A stretch of DNA of 64,000 bases from assembly GCF_035084215.1 (NCBI RefSeq), contig NW_027138407.1, positions 1,426,001-1,490,000 on the forward strand. The letters are read 5' to 3'. Numbering within the stretch: position 1 is the first letter of the stretch; every line of letters begins with the position of its first letter. This stretch comes from Heptranchias perlo (taxonomy: Eukaryota). The position numbers were made by a program, and so were the translations under genes. The notes under the pieces were generated by a model that saw nothing but the letters and a program-made list of their open reading frames with translations, was not told the origin of the DNA and made no database searches. This document shows, one piece after another, positions 59,501 to 64,000 of the stretch.

Positions 59501-62500
59501 CATATCATCATATCCTTCCCATCCTTTCTCCCTCATGTATTTATCTAGCTTCCCCTTAAATGCATCTATATTATTTGCCTCAACTACTCCTTGTCGTAGC
59601 GAGTTCCACATTCTCACTACTCTCTGAGCAGAGAAGTTTCTCCTGATTTTTTTGTGGTGATATTAAATTAAAACCGTTTAGTTATTGACAGGTCGGCCAT
59701 TGGTAATATTTGGCCCCAATTTAACTTCTGAAAGCTTCTAGTAAAACAAGCTCCTGTTTCAATCTTTCTTTTAAAATATGCAAGGATTTACTTTAATATT
59801 GAAGCAGAAAAAAGTCATGGTCACTTGTTTTTTCTTCTGGACACCAAGACATCCAGAAAACAATAAAATTTAAACGTTGAACTTAACATAACAAAGAAGA
59901 AACAATAAGAGGAAATAGAAACGTTAAGAAAGAATGAAAGAAGGATGGAAGGTGAGAAAGAAAGAGAAATAAACAAATGAAGAAAGAAAGATGGACAGAA
60001 TGAAAGAAAAAACATGCAAGATTTTGTATTGTGCTATTGCCAGGACAATTCAAATAATCTAATTTCATACTCTAGTTCGTGCATTTATCAAGACGAGAGT
60101 CTGAATTGAAAGCGGATATGGTGGTCCAGTACTTGGAGATTAGAGTTAATCCAAAACAGAGTGTGCAGTGAGCTCAGCTGCTGCAAGTAGCTTAGTGCAA
60201 CAGTGTCGCATCTGTAATATCATTGATTGGCAGTCATGGCGTAGAATGACAAGCCTAAGCAGAAAACATAAACGCCTCACTTGTTAGAATCTTGAAGCAC
60301 AGAAGGAGGCCCTTCAGCCCATCGAGACTGTGCCGGCCTTTTTAAGAGCTTTCCAATTGGTACCACTCAACTATTCGAACCCCACAGCCCTGCAAGTTTC
60401 TCCTTTACAAGTAGATATCCATTTCTGTTTTGAAAGTTTCGATTGAATCTGCTTCCACCACCCTCTCAGCCAATGTATTCCAGATCACAACAACTCGCTA
60501 CATTAAAAAAATTGCTCGTCAAAACGTCATAATTTTCAACACCTCCATTAAATCTCCCCTAAACTTTCTCTGCTCTAAGGAGAACAACCCCAGTTTCTCC
60601 AGTCTCTCCACATAACTGAAGTCCCTCATACGTGTTACAATTTTTATAAATCTCTTCTGCAACATCTCCAAGGCCTTGATATCCTTCCTAAGGTGTGGTG
60701 CCCAGAATTGGACTCAACACTACTGCTGAGGCCTATCCAGTGATTTATAAAGGTTGAGCATCCGTCCTAAGCCTTGCCCCATTCAACCCCAAATGCATTT
60801 GAATCAAGAAGATATATTAATAATCTGAAACCCCGAATCCCCCTTTATGGACCCACAGTTCCTTTATAAAAATGCAAAATACCCCAGAATTCATTACTTT
60901 TATTGATAGTTTGCTTTCCGTATCCAGTATGTGGCGGCGGTTGACCGGGAGTTGGGGGGGGGGCGTTGGCGGGGGACTGGGGTGAATAGCAGTTGGAGCT
61001 TTGTTTCCATTATGTGCGAACTAACTGATCAGTAACGATGAGAAACCAGTTTTTTTAGATGAACAGTTCTGGATCGCGCAACATTTTGTACACGTTTCCT
61101 CTCTACTTTTGTACTGTGATATGCGTGTTGGGCGCCCTCTATTGGCTGCCAGTTGCTATGGATGACATGCATTTTGAAAGTGAATGGTCGTGCACATGGA
61201 ATGGATTTAGAAACGTCTCCTGAAGTTATATCTTTCACTCTGCAATTGAACACTTGAATCTTTACAGGTTTTATGCTCCATGCTAACCGATCAGGTTATA
61301 CCTCTCAGCAAAGATTGAACAGGCTGGGCCCTTGTCTTTAATCCGTGTCCTCTGGTTACCGACCCTCCGACCAGTTGAAACATTTTCCGCCTATTTTCTC
61401 TATCAATACCCTTCGCACCTTTCAGTGCTGGTAGAAATAATTGCTGCGTCGTCAATTTGGGGACAGTAAACTTAATAGATTTCTATAGCCAAATGTTACA
61501 CAGAAATGCAATTCTTGTTTATGCATTATCCCTAATATCGTAGAATTATTGAATGTTACAACACAGAAGGAGGCCATGTGGCCCATCGTGCCTGTGCCGG
61601 CTCTTTTCAAGAGCGATCCAATTAGACAAACTTCCCCCTGCTTTTCCCCATAGCACTGCACTTTTCACCCTTCGAGTATTTATCCACTTCCCTTTTGAAA
61701 GTTCCCATTCAATCTGCTTCCACCACCATTTCAGGCAGAGCATTTCCAGATAGTAATAACTCGCTGAATAAAAAAAAATCTCCTCATCTCAACTCTGGCT
61801 CTTCTGCCTATTACCTTAAATACTGCAACCCTTCTGCTGGTGGAAATAGTTTCTCCCTATTTACTCTATTAAAACCCTTCATGGCATTGAACACCTCTAC
61901 CAAATCTCCTCTTGACCTTCTCTGCTCTAAGGAGAACAATCCCAGCTTCTCCAGTCTCTCCACATAACTGAAGCCTCTCATACCTGGTACCATTCTCGTA
62001 AATCTCGTCTGCACTTCCTCAAATATCTTACAATTTTCTGTCCAAAGATACCGCACTCCGAAATAATCCATTGTTCCTGAAGAACTCTGAGTGGTTTCTG
62101 TGAGACGTGAGAATCGATGGCACAAGTCAAAGCTTTTTCATTCTATTTTTGCTGTAATGCGCTGGAGTTTAAAATAGTTTCAAATTATCACTGCAAAGAT
62201 ATGATTTCTTCCTTCCTTTCTTCTTTCCTTCATTTTCATTTCTTCCAGTTACACCCTAAGATAAGATTAATTTATACAATCTAGAGAGACGTTTTACTTC
62301 AAAGGGACAATAAAGTATTCCTGCACTTGAAGGCAAATTAAAATATATTCTATATTTTACATGCAAGATCAGTAATACGCGGTAGGTATCTACAGACCCC
62401 TGTGTTGATTGTCTCGACAATTAATTATGTTGAGTCCGCTCTTTATTTGTAAATTAAATTCTGATGCCCAGTCTATATCTGAAGCGTCACGAGGGACATG

Positions 62501-62987
62501 ACAAGTAGACATCTCTCTTCAAAGCTGCCGGTGTTACCACTGGATTTGAACTTGTACCAGTAAAGTGCTGATTTCAGTCATTCACTATTTCTAACCCAGG
62601 AGCTTTGAACAGTGAACCCCTGAGTCCGCCCTTTGAGATGAGACAGCTTCTGAACGATGTGACCCGACGGATCTGCACCAGATCCAGGACTTTTACTTGT
62701 ACATATTGTTCCTATTATCCATCCCAGTGATCTGCAAGTCGGAGCTAACAGGGGGCTGGAAATGTCTGAATTTGACCCTGGATTAAATGGTTGATAAATG
62801 TCACATTTCCCAACACTGACAGCACTGACCTTAATTGTAGAAATCCGCTCGGAACAGGGTGTATTTTCGCATTAATCTCCTGTAAAATACTCTGGGATTC
62901 AATCCCTGGTATTTTCCCGGATCCCACACTTGACGCCGACTTGTGCCCTGTTTTTGTATGAGGCCCGAGGGACCGCTATTCACTGTG

Positions 62988-63297
62988 GGTCTCAGTGCAC
63001 AGTAATACACGGCGCTGTCTGTGATCTTCAAGCGTTTCACGGATAAGCGAAAAGTTCCTTGTGTCTGGTTGAGATTCGCTCGGAAGTGTTGAAAGCCTGA
63101 AGCCGTGTCGTTATACCCATAACTGTCGGCTCTGAGCATATACTGAGGGGCTCGGTGGTGATACTGGCGGTACCAGAATAGGCAATAGTTTGTAGCTGAG
63201 CCCGATACTGAGTAACTGCAGGTTATTGCTGAATCTGCATCCTCTTCTGATCCGACTCCTTGTTCTGACTGGGACACCGAGTCTCCGTTACTCATCT
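62988..63297 (-). CDS. TCR V alpha/delta exon with open frame and intact RSS; no leader exon detected
   Basis: GDSVSQSE..AITCSYSVSGSATNYCLFWYRQY..ITDSAVYYCALRP; RSS CACAGTG-23-ACAAAAACA (62949-62987); upstream intron ends in a LINE fragment. Confidence 0.85.
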
Positions 63298-63850
63298 CTG
63301 CAAATAAACAGTGGATACAAGGCGGGTTATACAGAGGGATAGACAGTGAATAGAGAAGGAGATAGGAGTTTGCATGAGAATTGGAGGATATTGTTGGAAG
63401 TTTCCAATTTAACTTTCATTGGAAAATGTACCCGAGGGAAGATGAGGAGAATTTGTTTTACGCAGCGAGTTGCAATGATCTGGAATGCACTGCATGAAAG
63501 GGTGGTGGAAGCAGATTCAACCGTAAATTTCAAAAGGGAACTCAACAAATACTTAAAGGGAAAATATTCATCGAGATATGGGAAAAGAGCAGGGTAATGG
63601 AACGAATTGGATAGCTCTTTTAAAGAGCCGGCACAGGCACGATGGGCCGAATCTCCTCCTCATGTGCTGGGCCTACTCTGATATATTATACTGTGATTTT
63701 ATGTCTGTCGGTGACGGTGCCTCTGTCTATCTGTCTGTCTTTCTTTATTTCTATCTACCTTTCAGTTCACTAGCGCACTAATTCAGTGAGAGGAAGTGAG
63801 AGGCCTTTGCAGGTTTTTGTACGGTCTGACTGCGCCTCTGTAACAGTGTG

Positions 63851-64000
63851 GGGCTCATCGCACAGAGATACACGGCAGAGTCAGAGACAAGAGCCCCGGT
63901 GATATTTAAAGGAACCATTTTCTTGGCTTTGTCCAAATTAGCAGAGAACCGGTCTGCGAAATCTGAAGACTTATCTCCCTGCCCCGAGCTGTATCTTTTC
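63851..64000 (-). CDS. 3' part of a TCR V exon (runs off the window)
   Basis: KRYSSGQGDKSSDFADRFSANLDKAKKMVPLNITGALVSDSAVYLCAMSP; RSS CACACTG-23-ACAAAAACC (63812-63850). Confidence 0.88.

Larger units (their letters stand above)
42970..62487 (+). repeat. Segmental duplication copy 2 (NAR-TCR cassette 2)
   Basis: Colinear with 3310-23865. Confidence 0.92.

Noticed and set aside
42970-62487. Second cassette as an assembly artefact
   Set aside because: The copies differ by many substitutions, indels and private TE insertions and have different flanking V genes

Overview
This is vertebrate immune-receptor DNA from a cartilaginous fish (shark-like): part of the T-cell receptor alpha/delta region. 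The window holds two tandem, same-strand copies (about 3.3-23.9 kb and 43.0-62.5 kb) of a self-contained NAR-TCR cassette. Each cassette runs: promoter and leader, IgNAR-like V, one D, one J (IgH-type 23/12-12/23 RSS), then a leaderless 'supporting' TCR-delta V with a CDR1 Cys, a set of five J-delta segments (only one canonical), its own four-exon TCR-delta-type constant gene, and a conserved candidate 3' enhancer. All splice phases of cassette 1 are compatible with an L-V(NAR)DJ-VJ-C-TM two-V-domain chain. Cassette 2 has lost the hinge-exon splice donor, which predicts either a short-hinge membrane form or a TM-less, possibly secreted form. Between and after the cassettes lie conventional TCR V alpha/delta genes and pseudogenes in both orientations, plus CR1-type LINEs, a Penelope-like element, SINEs and simple repeats. 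The main novelty candidate is NAR-TCR organised as duplicated clusters with private J and C and no convincing D-delta, which resembles shark Ig clusters and mammalian TCR-mu. All coordinates, translations and comparisons were read by eye; no database search was run.
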